A DNA stretch of 64,000 nt from a bacterium (GTDB taxonomy: Bacteria; Sysuimicrobiota; Sysuimicrobiia; Sysuimicrobiales; Segetimicrobiaceae), in NCBI GenBank assembly GCA_035934535.1, contig DASYXS010000020.1, positions 357 through 64,356 of the forward strand. The letters run 5' to 3'. Shown here one piece after another: positions 8,585-17,427 of this stretch. A program made the position numbers and the translations under genes. Each line of letters opens with the position of its first letter. The stretch's first letter is position 1. Under the pieces are notes generated by a model. That model was given only the letters and a program-made list of their open reading frames with translations. It did no database searches and was not told where the DNA came from.

Positions 8585-10192
8585 CTACTTCCACGTCGCG
8601 TAGATCGCGGCCCACTTCTCGTTCGGCGTGGTCGTGACGCCGTCGAGGTGGCTGCTCGTCACCATGTAGAAGTTCTGGCTCCACAGGAAGATCCACGGCG
8701 CGTCGTTCCAGATCAACTGCTGGGCTTCCTTATAGATGGCCTCGCGCTTCTTCGGATCGGACGTCGTCTGGCCGGCGAGCAGCAGCTCGTCCACTTTGGC
8801 GTCCTTGTAGAACGTCGGCGCGAGACCCTTCGGCGGCGCCTGTCCCGAATAGAACTGGCCGTACAGCTCGCCGTCCGCGTCGAGATATTGGGTCGCCCAT
8901 CCAAGCACGAAGATCTGCATCGGCGTGCGCTCGAGCGGCGTGACCAGCCAGCTGACGTAGGACGGCCAGTCGGTCGTCTGGATCTGCGCTTTGACCCCGA
9001 CGTTGGCGAGCTGCGCCGCGACCGCCTGCGCGAACTGGTAGTCCTGGATGTAGCGGCCCGTCGGCGTGCGGAAGTTTATGGAGAATCCGCTCGGAAACCC
9101 GGCTTCCGCGAGCATCGCCTTGGCCTTGACCGGGTTGAACGGCCACCCGCCGGATTGGACCTTCGTGTAGCCGAACAGGAAGGGCGTGGTCGGCGATTCG
9201 AGCACGGTCGCGAGGCCGAAGAGCACGCTGTGGATGATCGCCTGCTTGTTGATGGCGTAGTTCAGCGCCTGCCGGACGCGGGCGTCCTTCAACGGCCCGA
9301 ACTGGTTGTTGAGGCCGATGAACACGTCGCGGTCGCTCGGGCCCTCGACGACGCGCAGGCTCGCGTCCCTGCGCAGCGCCGGCACATCCGGCGCCGGCGG
9401 CTCGAAGGCCATCTGCACGTCCCCCGCGCGCAGCATCGTCTCGCGGGTGCCGGCGTTCGGGACCACGCGGAACACGACCTCGTCGAAGTACGGCTTGCGG
9501 CCCCAGTAGTTCGGGTTGCGAACCAGGGTAATGTGATCGCCGTGGACCCACTCCTTGAACATGTAGGGTCCGGTGCCCGCGGAGAGCGGGCCCAGCGGAA
9601 TCTTGTCGTTGCCGATCTTCCGGACCGCCGCCGGCGACAGAATCTCGCCCACGCCGCTCGCGATCCGGCCCAAGAGCGTCGGGCTCGGCTGCTTCAGGTG
9701 CAGCGCCACGGTGTACGGGTCCGGAGTGTCGATGCGGCTCGTGTCGATGTCCGTGAAGTAGTAGCGGTTGGGATTGCGCACCGAGGTGTCGAGCCAGCGC
9801 AGCACGTTGAACTTCACGGCCTCGGCGTTGAAGTCGGTCCCGTCCTGGAACTTGACGCCCTGGCGCAGCTTGAACGTGTAGGTCAGGCCGTCGCGGCTCA
9901 CCATCCAGGAGGTCGCGAGCTGCGGCACGAGCTTCGTGTATTGCGGCTCGCCCGGCTTCACCCCGGAGCGCTCGTCGTTCGGCCAGAGGAGCGAGTCGAA
10001 CATGTAGTCCACCATGTTGGCCACGGTGGTGGTGGTCTGTCCCTCCGGATCGAGTGAATCCGCGTCGATGCCGATCGCGACGTGGAGCGACGCCGGCGCC
10101 GCGGCACGGCCGCCGTTCGGAATGCCCAGCGTAAGCGCGACCGCGCACGCGACGACAAGAGCGGCGGTGCGGCAAAAACCGGTCCGCATCAT
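8585..10192 (-). CDS. ABC transporter substrate-binding protein, family 5
   Basis: ORF 8585..10369 trimmed to ATGATG at 10192, preceded by GGGGGAGGGG. MMRTGFCRTAALVVACAVALTLG signal peptide and family-5 blocks (GPYMFKEWVHGDH, ALNYAINKQAI). Confidence 0.9.
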   Translation of the reverse strand: MMRTGFCRTAALVVACAVALTLGIPNGGRAAAPASLHVAIGIDADSLDPEGQTTTTVANMVDYMFDSLLWPNDERSGVKPGEPQYTKLVPQLATSWMVSRDGLTYTFKLRQGVKFQDGTDFNAEAVKFNVLRWLDTSVRNPNRYYFTDIDTSRIDTPDPYTVALHLKQPSPTLLGRIASGVGEILSPAAVRKIGNDKIPLGPLSAGTGPYMFKEWVHGDHITLVRNPNYWGRKPYFDEVVFRVVPNAGTRETMLRAGDVQMAFEPPAPDVPALRRDASLRVVEGPSDRDVFIGLNNQFGPLKDARVRQALNYAINKQAIIHSVLFGLATVLESPTTPFLFGYTKVQSGGWPFNPVKAKAMLAEAGFPSGFSINFRTPTGRYIQDYQFAQAVAAQLANVGVKAQIQTTDWPSYVSWLVTPLERTPMQIFVLGWATQYLDADGELYGQFYSGQAPPKGLAPTFYKDAKVDELLLAGQTTSDPKKREAIYKEAQQLIWNDAPWIFLWSQNFYMVTSSHLDGVTTTPNEKWAAIYATWK

Positions 10193-10336
10193 GAGCCCCT
10201 CCCCCTTTGGTCTGGCCGGGGCGCCAATATGCCCCACCGGCTCGGTGTTCGACCCAGCCGGCCGCCCGTTCCTGCGATCATGACGCCCGGTCCCGGAGGG
10301 ACCGCCGCATGGCGTGGCATCTTGACGCGGGCCGAA

Positions 10337-10354
10337 CAAGTGTATATACACTTG
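10337..10354. promoter_or_regulatory. Perfect 18-bp palindrome, probable MarR operator
   Basis: CAAGTGTATATACACTTG in the divergent region between the binding-protein gene (start 10192, minus) and the MarR gene. It overlaps a TTGACG-17 nt-TATACA pair (10322-10350). Confidence 0.5.
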
Positions 10355-10359
10355 ACACT

Positions 10360-10761
10360 GTGGGGCCACACGTCGACCTCTCCGTCTGTCGGGCGTGCCG
10401 CTGTCTTGCGGCGCGCCGATACGCGCGCGCCGTCACGCGACTCTTCGAGAACAAGCTGCGTCCGCACGGACTGCGGGCGACACAGTTTTCCGTCCTCGCC
10501 GCGCTCGCGCTGAAGGGGCCGACGGGGGTCACAGAGCTCGCCGGCATGCTCGGCCTTGAACGGACGACGCTGACCCGCGTCGCCGCGGTGCTCGAGCGAA
10601 ACGGCTGGATCAGCGTGGGGCGCGAGGATGACGGGAGAAGACGGCCGTTTCGTCTGACCGGCGGCGGCCGGCGCAAGGTCGAGGGGGCGTTTCAGGCATG
10701 GAAGGAAGCGCAGGATCAGGCCGGTAGACGACTTGCCGGTCCCGTGCGGCAGGCAGGCTGA
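10360..10761 (+). CDS. MarR family transcriptional regulator
   Basis: Winged-helix pattern [47 protein letters not shown], then [10 protein letters not shown]. Start is ambiguous (ATG 10309, TTG 10351, GTG 10360). I chose 10360 so that the palindrome and promoter stay outside the gene. Confidence 0.8.
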   Translation: MGPHVDLSVCRACRCLAARRYARAVTRLFENKLRPHGLRATQFSVLAALALKGPTGVTELAGMLGLERTTLTRVAAVLERNGWISVGREDDGRRRPFRLTGGGRRKVEGAFQAWKEAQDQAGRRLAGPVRQAG

Positions 10762-10808
10762 GACTCGCGGCCGCGGAAAGCGGCGCCGCGATTCGAGAGG
10801 AGCGAGCG

Positions 10809-11924
10809 ATGAGCCAGGTACGGGTATTGGTCGGCACACGCAAGGGGGCGTTCATTCTGACGTCCGACGGCCGGCGCAGCCGCTGGGACGTTGCCGGGCC
10901 GCATTTCGCGGGCTGGGAGATCTACCACGTCAAGGGCTCGCCCGCCGATTCGAACCGGCTGTACGCGTCGCAGTCGAGCGGCTGGTTCGGGCAGCAGATC
11001 CAGCGCTCCGACGACGGGGGCAAGACCTGGGAGCCGGTCGGCAACCAGTTCACCTACGCCGGCGCCACGGGCACGCATCAGTGGTACGACGGCACCCAGC
11101 ATCCGTGGGAGTTCAAGCGCGTGTGGCATCTCGAACCGTCGCTTGCGGATCCGGAGACCGTCTACGCGGGGGTCGAGGACGCCGCGCTCTTCCGCTCGAC
11201 CGACGGCGGCAAGACCTGGGACGAGCTGCCCGGCCTGCGCGGCCACGGGTCCGGACCCAACTGGATGCCCGGCGCGGGCGGAATGTGTCTCCACACCATC
11301 CTGCTGGATCCGAGCGATCGAAACCGGATGTACATCGCGATCTCCGCGGCCGGCGTCTTCCGCAGCGACGACGGGGCCGAGACCTGGCGGCCGGCGAACC
11401 GCGGGCTGCGCTCGGAGCAGATGCCCAATCCGACCGGGGAGGTCGGCCACTGCGTGCACCGGATCGCGATGCACCCGTCCCGGCCGCGCACGCTGTTCAT
11501 GCAGAAGCACTGGGACGTGATGCGCAGCGACGACGGCGCCGACTCCTGGCACGAGGTCAGCGGCAACCTGCCGACCGACTTCGGGTTCGTCATCGACGTG
11601 CACGCCCACGAGCCGCAGACGGCGTACGTAATCCCGATCAAGAGCGACTCCGAGCATTTCCCGCCGGACGGGAAGCTGCGGGTCTACCGCAGCCGGACCG
11701 GCGGCAACGAGTGGGAGGCGCTGACGAAGGGCCTGCCCCAGCAGGACTGCTACGTCAACGTGCTGCGGGACGCGATGGCCGTCGACTCGCTCGACGCGTG
11801 CGGCCTCTACTTCGGCACGACCGGCGGGCAGGTGTACGCGTCGGCGGACGCCGGCGACAGTTGGGCGCCGATCGTGCGCGATCTGCCGGCCGTGCTCTCC
11901 GTCGAGGTGCAAACGCTGGCGTGA
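10809..11924 (+). CDS. BNR/Asp-box repeat beta-propeller protein (sialidase/Ycf48-like fold), cytoplasmic
   Basis: 371 aa with five spaced Asp-boxes ([40 protein letters not shown]). No signal peptide. Confidence 0.85.
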   Translation: MSQVRVLVGTRKGAFILTSDGRRSRWDVAGPHFAGWEIYHVKGSPADSNRLYASQSSGWFGQQIQRSDDGGKTWEPVGNQFTYAGATGTHQWYDGTQHPWEFKRVWHLEPSLADPETVYAGVEDAALFRSTDGGKTWDELPGLRGHGSGPNWMPGAGGMCLHTILLDPSDRNRMYIAISAAGVFRSDDGAETWRPANRGLRSEQMPNPTGEVGHCVHRIAMHPSRPRTLFMQKHWDVMRSDDGADSWHEVSGNLPTDFGFVIDVHAHEPQTAYVIPIKSDSEHFPPDGKLRVYRSRTGGNEWEALTKGLPQQDCYVNVLRDAMAVDSLDACGLYFGTTGGQVYASADAGDSWAPIVRDLPAVLSVEVQTLA

Positions 11925-12217
11925 TCCGCGTCGTCCTGCCGCAACATTTGCGCACGCTCGCGAAAACCGAGCGTGAGGTCGCGCTCGACGTCCGGGGCCC
12001 GGTCACGCAGCGATCGGTCCTCGACGCCCTCGAAGCGCGCTACCCGGTGCTGCGTGGCACGGTCCGCGACCACGTCACGCAGCAGCGCCGGCCGCTCGTC
12101 CGGTTCTTCGCCTGCGAGCGTGATCTGTCGCACGAGCCGCCGGACGTCCCGCTCCCCGACGCGGTCGCCTCCGGCGACGAGCCCTTGCTGATCGTGGGGG
12201 CCATCGCGGGAGGGTAG
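11921..12217 (+). CDS. MoaD/ThiS-family ubiquitin-like (beta-grasp) protein ending in Gly-Gly
   Basis: Not listed separately in the track (it is the tail of frame 10733..12217). The GTG at 11921 overlaps the upstream TGA (GTGA). The 98-aa product [14 protein letters not shown]...[12 protein letters not shown] has the size and terminal GG of sulfur-carrier/ubiquitin-like proteins. Confidence 0.75.
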   Translation: MIRVVLPQHLRTLAKTEREVALDVRGPVTQRSVLDALEARYPVLRGTVRDHVTQQRRPLVRFFACERDLSHEPPDVPLPDAVASGDEPLLIVGAIAGG

Positions 12218-12274
12218 TGCGGCACGCGGCCGCGGTCAAGAGGAAACCGCGGCGGACCCGCCGGAGATAGCCCC

Positions 12275-13282
12275 GTGGACCGGCGGCCGCTCGGGAAGAC
12301 CGGCCTCTCCGTGTCGGCACTCGGCTTCGGCTGCGGCGCGGTGGGCGGGCTCATGGTGCGCGGCGGCCACACCGAGCAGACGACGGCGGTGGCCCGGGCG
12401 CTCGACGCGGGCGTGACCTACTTCGACACGGCGCCGAGCTACGGGGACGGCCGGTCCGAAGAAAACCTCGGCCGTGTGCTGCGCGAACTCGGCGTGTGGC
12501 GCGATGTCGTCGTCGGTACGAAAGTTCGCCTCAGACCGTCCGACCTCGACGATCCCGCCGAGGCGATTCAGCGCTCGTGCGAGGCCAGCCTGCGCCGGCT
12601 CGGACACGACTACGTAGATCTGCTGCAGCTCCACAATCCCATCGCCGAAAGCCGCGAGGCCGCGGCGTCGGTCCGGGGCAGCAGCGGGGCCATCGAGATC
12701 GAGACCGTCTGCGGCGCGGCCGCGGACGGGATGCGCAGGCTCGTTTCCCGCGGCCTCGTTCGCCAGGTCGGGATCACCGGCCTCGGCCAGACGGCGGCCG
12801 TGCACGCCGCGGTGACCTCCGGCACGTTCGCCACGACGCAGGCCTACTTCAACGCGTTGAATCCGAGCGGCGCGTATCCCGGCGCCGCGGGCGGTGAACA
12901 GGACTTCGCGGGCCTCATCGGCGCGGCCGCCGCATCCGGCGTGGGCACGATCGCGATTCGCGTCATGGCCGCGGGGGCGCTGTCGGCGCAGGCGGGCCGG
13001 CATGCCAACGCCGGAGATCCCGGACCGCAGTTGGCCGCGGGCGCCGAATACAGACGCGACGTCGAGCGGGCCGCGGCGATCCGCCGGCTCGCCGCGGACC
13101 TCGGGCACGACGGCCCGATGGAACTGGCCCTCCGCTTCGCCCTCGCGACGCCGGGCCTCTCAACCGTTCTCGTGGGCTATTCCGACCGCGGGCAGCTCGA
13201 AGACGCCCTGCGGTGGACGGAGCGCGGACCGGTCCCCGGTGATGTCGCCGCCCGCGTCGTGGACCTGGCGCGCGCGTCGTAG
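12275..13282 (+). CDS. Aldo/keto reductase
   Basis: 335 aa. MDRRPLGKTGLSVSALGFGCG start, then FDTAPSYGDGRSE and VDLLQLHNP blocks. Confidence 0.9.
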   Translation: MDRRPLGKTGLSVSALGFGCGAVGGLMVRGGHTEQTTAVARALDAGVTYFDTAPSYGDGRSEENLGRVLRELGVWRDVVVGTKVRLRPSDLDDPAEAIQRSCEASLRRLGHDYVDLLQLHNPIAESREAAASVRGSSGAIEIETVCGAAADGMRRLVSRGLVRQVGITGLGQTAAVHAAVTSGTFATTQAYFNALNPSGAYPGAAGGEQDFAGLIGAAAASGVGTIAIRVMAAGALSAQAGRHANAGDPGPQLAAGAEYRRDVERAAAIRRLAADLGHDGPMELALRFALATPGLSTVLVGYSDRGQLEDALRWTERGPVPGDVAARVVDLARAS

Positions 13283-13409
13283 TTTCATCCTTTGCTCGAC
13301 GCGTTGGGGGACAGCGTGAACGCCGACAGCATCGTGGTGATTCAAGATTTCCCGGTTATGTACGTGGCGGGCAAAGCGGGCACCCCTATCGGCGAACAAG
13401 CGACCTGGA

Positions 13410-13432
13410 GGCTCACATCCTGGAAGTGAGCC
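13410..13432. terminator. Hairpin between convergent genes (weak terminator candidate)
   Basis: GGCTCAC, 9 nt, GTGAGCC, between the stops at 13282 (+) and 13443 (-). No clear U-tract. Confidence 0.3.
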
Positions 13433-13442
13433 GTAGCCGTAT

Positions 13443-14483
13443 TTAGCGAGGGCCCACGCCGCGCACGAGCGCGCCGAGCGCGAGCCCGGCAATGTACACC
13501 CACCCGAACAGGCGATTGTGCACGAGCGAGACCCGATGGTACCAGAGCGGCCAGCCGACGTAGCCCGGCGGGGGCGCATCCGGCTTCGGCAAGGCCGTCA
13601 CCCGCAGCGCGCGGACCGCACGCGGGAGGGCGACGGCGACCAGCGCCGCGAACGGGGTGATCCCCCGCGTCGCGATGAGGACCGCGACGACCGCGTACAT
13701 CGCCACGATCACCGCGCGGTTGAGTGCGCGCGCCCGCCGGTCCCCGAGGACGACCGGCAGAGTCCGCTGGCCGTGGGCCCGGTCGAAGGCCGCCTGGTCG
13801 ATGTGTTTGCCGACGAGGATGGACATGACGCCGAGGCCGTACGGGATCGACGCCCAAAAGGCCGGCCCGGACAGCCGGCCGGTGATCACGAAGTACCCGC
13901 CGCCCACCATGAGCGGCCCCCACACGAGAAACGCCGCGATCTCTCCCATGCCGACGGCCTTGAGCGGCGTCGGCGCCGCGTCGTAGAGATACATCAGGAG
14001 CAGGCCGGCCGCGGCAAACCCCAACGCGACCGGGCCGCGCGTCGTCCAGAAATACACGATGATCGCCGCCCCGACGGCGGCGAGGATCCCGAGTCCGGCG
14101 AGCAGGCTCCTCGCGTCGAGCACGCCGCTCGCGATCGGGTGGATCGTGTACCGGAGGCGCGGCGAATCCGGCGTGTCGTGGCCCCGCCGGTAGCCGAAGT
14201 AATCGTTGCTGAGGTTGCTGATCGCGTGCGCGGTGACGAAGCCGATGAGGACCAGCAGAAACGCGACGGCGTCGAAGCGCCCGTCCGCGGCGGCGAGCAG
14301 TCCCGCGATGATCGCCGCCTGGGCGGAGATGACGAGAATGACGCTGCGGGCGGAAAAGAGGAACCCCGCGACCGGGTCCAGCGCCGCGCGCGCTTCAGCG
14401 TGAGGCGGATAGAAGCCCACGAACGTCCGCAGCCATAGCCGCGGTCCGCGACTCACGGTTGCGTTGGGTGCTCGTCCGGCCAT
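13443..14483 (-). CDS. UbiA-superfamily prenyltransferase (MenA-like)
   Basis: 346 aa and polytopic, with the Asp-rich motif NLSNDYFGYRRGHD after a TM helix. Start not verified. Confidence 0.8.
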   Translation of the reverse strand: MAGRAPNATVSRGPRLWLRTFVGFYPPHAEARAALDPVAGFLFSARSVILVISAQAAIIAGLLAAADGRFDAVAFLLVLIGFVTAHAISNLSNDYFGYRRGHDTPDSPRLRYTIHPIASGVLDARSLLAGLGILAAVGAAIIVYFWTTRGPVALGFAAAGLLLMYLYDAAPTPLKAVGMGEIAAFLVWGPLMVGGGYFVITGRLSGPAFWASIPYGLGVMSILVGKHIDQAAFDRAHGQRTLPVVLGDRRARALNRAVIVAMYAVVAVLIATRGITPFAALVAVALPRAVRALRVTALPKPDAPPPGYVGWPLWYHRVSLVHNRLFGWVYIAGLALGALVRGVGPR

Positions 14484-14563
14484 TAGTACACCGCCCCGAT
14501 CAAAGTGCCTTCAGAAACATTCCGCGTCCGAGCCCGGCGAGAACAAGGTCCGGTGTCCGCCAC

Positions 14564-15940
14564 CTACGGCGCTCCCGCGGGAATCAACGCCGCCACCAGA
14601 TCGTCGAGGCGGGGGAGGTCTTCCAGCGAGGCGAGGAGCGCAAGGGCCCGATCGGCCTGGACGCGCGGGAGCACCTGCCGGGCGCAGTCGCGGAACTTGG
14701 CGTGCAGCTCGCCGGCGGCCAGCGGATTCTGGTGCGCCCCGCGCGGATAGTCCACCCGCTTTTCCAATATTGCCCCGCCCCGGCGGCGGATCTTGACCAC
14801 CACGTATCCTTCCTCGATCGCGTTGAATTCCACGGGGATGCCGGGATCCTCGATCGGACGCACGGCCCGAAGCAACGCCTGCGCCTCGGGCCGCTGCACC
14901 ATCTCGTCGGTGAACGTGTCGAGCGCGACCCGGCCGTCCAGGACCGCCGCGGCCACCACGTACGGCAGGCTGAACTTCCCTTCCAGCCCCGTGCGGGGAC
15001 GATCCCGCGTCACCGCGGCGAGGCCCCCGGGCGGCACCACGACTTCCGCCCCTTCGACGTCCGCGCCCCGCAGCTCGTGTTCCCGCGCGAGGTCGAGCAC
15101 GGCGTCGGCGGCACGGTGCGTCGCGTAGCAGCACGGGTACCGCTTCACGTTCATCCCGGGCGAGACCACATCGTACGGGTTGCCGAGCGTCTCGCGGATG
15201 CCGTCGATCGCCGCCTCGCCGTGCGAGAACATCGCGAAGTAGCCGAGCGGCGCCTCCAGAATCGTCGTGTCGCCGGTCATGCCCTTGCGCGCCAGGCGCG
15301 CCGCGAGAACCCCGCAGCGCGCCGCGTGTCCGGGATGGAACGGCTTCGTCATGGTGCCGAAGTTCTGCCGGCTGCCCGATGCCTCGGAAACCGCGATCGC
15401 CAGCGCGTGCTGCAGCGCCTCCGGCGAGAGTCCCATCAGTTTGCCGGCCGCCATGGCCGCCCCGAGGGTCCCGAGCGTGGACGTCGCATGCCACCCGACC
15501 CGGTAGTGCGCGTTTCCCATCGCCCGGCCGAGCTTCGTCATCACCTCGACGCCGATCACGTAGGCCTCAAGCAGGCGGCGGCCGGAGGCGCCCGTGCCCT
15601 GCGCCGCCGCGAGCGCGGCCGGCAGCATGACCACGCTCGGGTGGCCGATCACCGACGGACTGACGTCGTCGTAGTCGAGCGCGTGTCCGCTCACCCCGTT
15701 GACGAACGCCGCGCCCTCCATCGAGGTGCGAAGCCGCGCGCCGAGCCGGTCGGCAACCGGAGACGCGCCTTCCTCGGCGACCGCGTCGGCGACGATACGC
15801 GTCACCGGCTCCCCAGCACCGGCGAGGATAACGGCCACCGTATCGATGATCGCCGATTTGCCCGCATCCAGCACGGCCGCCGGGGCCTCGTCGATCGAGG
15901 CCCGCGCGACCCAGTCCGCCGCGTCCCGCGTGAGTCCCAT
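14564..15940 (-). CDS. MmgE/PrpD family protein (2-methylcitrate dehydratase-like)
   Basis: ORF 14564..16105 trimmed to ATG 15940, preceded by GGAGG. Blocks GVSGHALDYDD, GWHATSTLGTLGAAMAAGKL, TKPFHPGHAA. Confidence 0.9.
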   Translation of the reverse strand: MGLTRDAADWVARASIDEAPAAVLDAGKSAIIDTVAVILAGAGEPVTRIVADAVAEEGASPVADRLGARLRTSMEGAAFVNGVSGHALDYDDVSPSVIGHPSVVMLPAALAAAQGTGASGRRLLEAYVIGVEVMTKLGRAMGNAHYRVGWHATSTLGTLGAAMAAGKLMGLSPEALQHALAIAVSEASGSRQNFGTMTKPFHPGHAARCGVLAARLARKGMTGDTTILEAPLGYFAMFSHGEAAIDGIRETLGNPYDVVSPGMNVKRYPCCYATHRAADAVLDLAREHELRGADVEGAEVVVPPGGLAAVTRDRPRTGLEGKFSLPYVVAAAVLDGRVALDTFTDEMVQRPEAQALLRAVRPIEDPGIPVEFNAIEEGYVVVKIRRRGGAILEKRVDYPRGAHQNPLAAGELHAKFRDCARQVLPRVQADRALALLASLEDLPRLDDLVAALIPAGAP

Positions 15941-15969
15941 ACGATCCTCCGTTCGCGACCTTCCGCTGT

Positions 15970-16158
15970 TTATGCCGCCGGCCGCCGGGCGCCGTCGAGA
16001 AACAGCGCCAGCCCCGCGAGTCCGAGGAGCGCGCCGGTCACCATCCAGAACCGCGACCCGGTCATGAAGCTTCCCGGCAGCACGCGGATGCCTTGAAGAA
16101 ACCAAACTCCGCCGGAGGCGACCATGATCACCCCGAGCACAGCCTCTGCCCTACGCAT
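15970..16158 (-). CDS. Small two-helix membrane protein
   Basis: 62 aa. GGAG precedes the ATG and there are two hydrophobic spans (VLGVIMVASGGVWFL, FWMVTGALLGLAGLALFL). It ends 30 nt before the PrpD-family start. Confidence 0.5.
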   Translation of the reverse strand: MRRAEAVLGVIMVASGGVWFLQGIRVLPGSFMTGSRFWMVTGALLGLAGLALFLDGARRPAA

Positions 16159-16306
16159 TCCCGCATCTCCTTCTTCGTTCGATGGGATATACGCGTCCCG
16201 AGCGGCTTTCCCATCTCGCCGCGGCCTGCCTTGATCTTAGCGGACGGGGAGACTACGCCGCGGCTGGGGAACCAAGATCCGTGACTTTCTTGACGAGGTG
16301 AGGCCG

Positions 16307-16669
16307 ATGCCCAAACTCGAACGCGAATTCTTCCGGCCGGATGACTCGGGCTGGCAGCCCGTCGTCGGATCGCCCACCATGGGCGCCGGCGGTCCGGGCA
16401 TCATGCAGAAGATCCTCAGCCGGGACGAGGAGAGCGGCGACGTCACGCGGCTGCTCCGGTTCGAGGGCGGCGCGGAGACGGCGGGCACCATCGCCCACGA
16501 CTTCTGGGAAGAGGTGTGGATCCTGGAAGGCGAGCTGGTCGACCTCGGCAAAAAACAGGCCTACACGGCGGGGATGTACGCGTGCCGTCCGCCGGGGATG
16601 CCCCACGGTCCCTACCGCGTGCCCAAGGGGTGTATGACGTTGGAGTTCCGGTACCACAAGAAATCCTAG
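16307..16669 (+). CDS. Cupin domain protein
   Basis: GAGGTGAGG then ATG at 16307 (the track's GTG at 16298 is also possible). Cupin-like blocks HDFWEEVWILEGEL and GMPHGPY. Confidence 0.75.
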   Translation: MPKLEREFFRPDDSGWQPVVGSPTMGAGGPGIMQKILSRDEESGDVTRLLRFEGGAETAGTIAHDFWEEVWILEGELVDLGKKQAYTAGMYACRPPGMPHGPYRVPKGCMTLEFRYHKKS

Positions 16670-16683
16670 CGGCGCGCGCAGCG

Positions 16684-17427
16684 ATGACCGGCCTCGACCT
16701 GACGCTCAGGCAGAACGGCCGTGCCGCCGCGGTCCGCTTCGAGGTGCGCCGCGTGATCAACGCCGGCTTCACCGGCCGCGACCGGGCCGCCGTGCAGCGG
16801 CACATCGACGAGCTGCGGGCCCACGGCGTGCCGTGTCCGGACCGTACCCCGGTCCTCTATCCCAAGATGGCCAGCCTGATCACGACCGCGGCGGAGATCG
16901 AAGTCCTCGGCGCGGAGACCTCGGGCGAGGCGGAGTTCGTGCTGCTCGTGGCGCCGGATCGGGTCCTCGTCGCGGCCGGCAGCGATCACACGGACCGCGG
17001 ACTCGAACGGACGACTATCGAGAAGGCGAAGCTCGTCGCGCCCAACGTGATCGCGACCGACGTGTGGGACCTCGCCGACGTGCGCGACGGCTGGGACGAT
17101 CTGGTGCTCGCCAGCCACACGACGGCGGACGGCCGGCGGACGCCGTACCAGCAGGGGCGCCTCGCGGACATGATGCGGCCGGACGATCTGTTGGCTCTCG
17201 TGCGCGCCCGCGTGGAGGGCGATCTCGGCGGAACCGCGATCTATTCGGGCACGCTGGCGCTGCTCGGCGGGACGCTCATATACGGGGAGCGGTTCGAGGT
17301 CGAACTGCGCGACGAGCGGCGCGGACGGGCGCTTCGCTGCGACTACCGTGTCACCCCGATCCGATGGCTGAAGACTCCCTATGTCAAGAGCATAGGGCAA
17401 GGGACGGATGCGCAGATCGAGCCTTAA
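16684..17427 (+). CDS. DUF2848 domain protein, 3' end probably altered by the IS remnant
   Basis: Starts at ATG 16684 within track ORF 16516..17427. Pattern VRRVINAGFTGRDRAAVQRHIDEL, GSDHTDRGLE and GERFEVELRDE matches my recollection of DUF2848. The last ~15-20 codons overlap the transposase 3' end. Confidence 0.7.
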   Translation: MTGLDLTLRQNGRAAAVRFEVRRVINAGFTGRDRAAVQRHIDELRAHGVPCPDRTPVLYPKMASLITTAAEIEVLGAETSGEAEFVLLVAPDRVLVAAGSDHTDRGLERTTIEKAKLVAPNVIATDVWDLADVRDGWDDLVLASHTTADGRRTPYQQGRLADMMRPDDLLALVRARVEGDLGGTAIYSGTLALLGGTLIYGERFEVELRDERRGRALRCDYRVTPIRWLKTPYVKSIGQGTDAQIEP

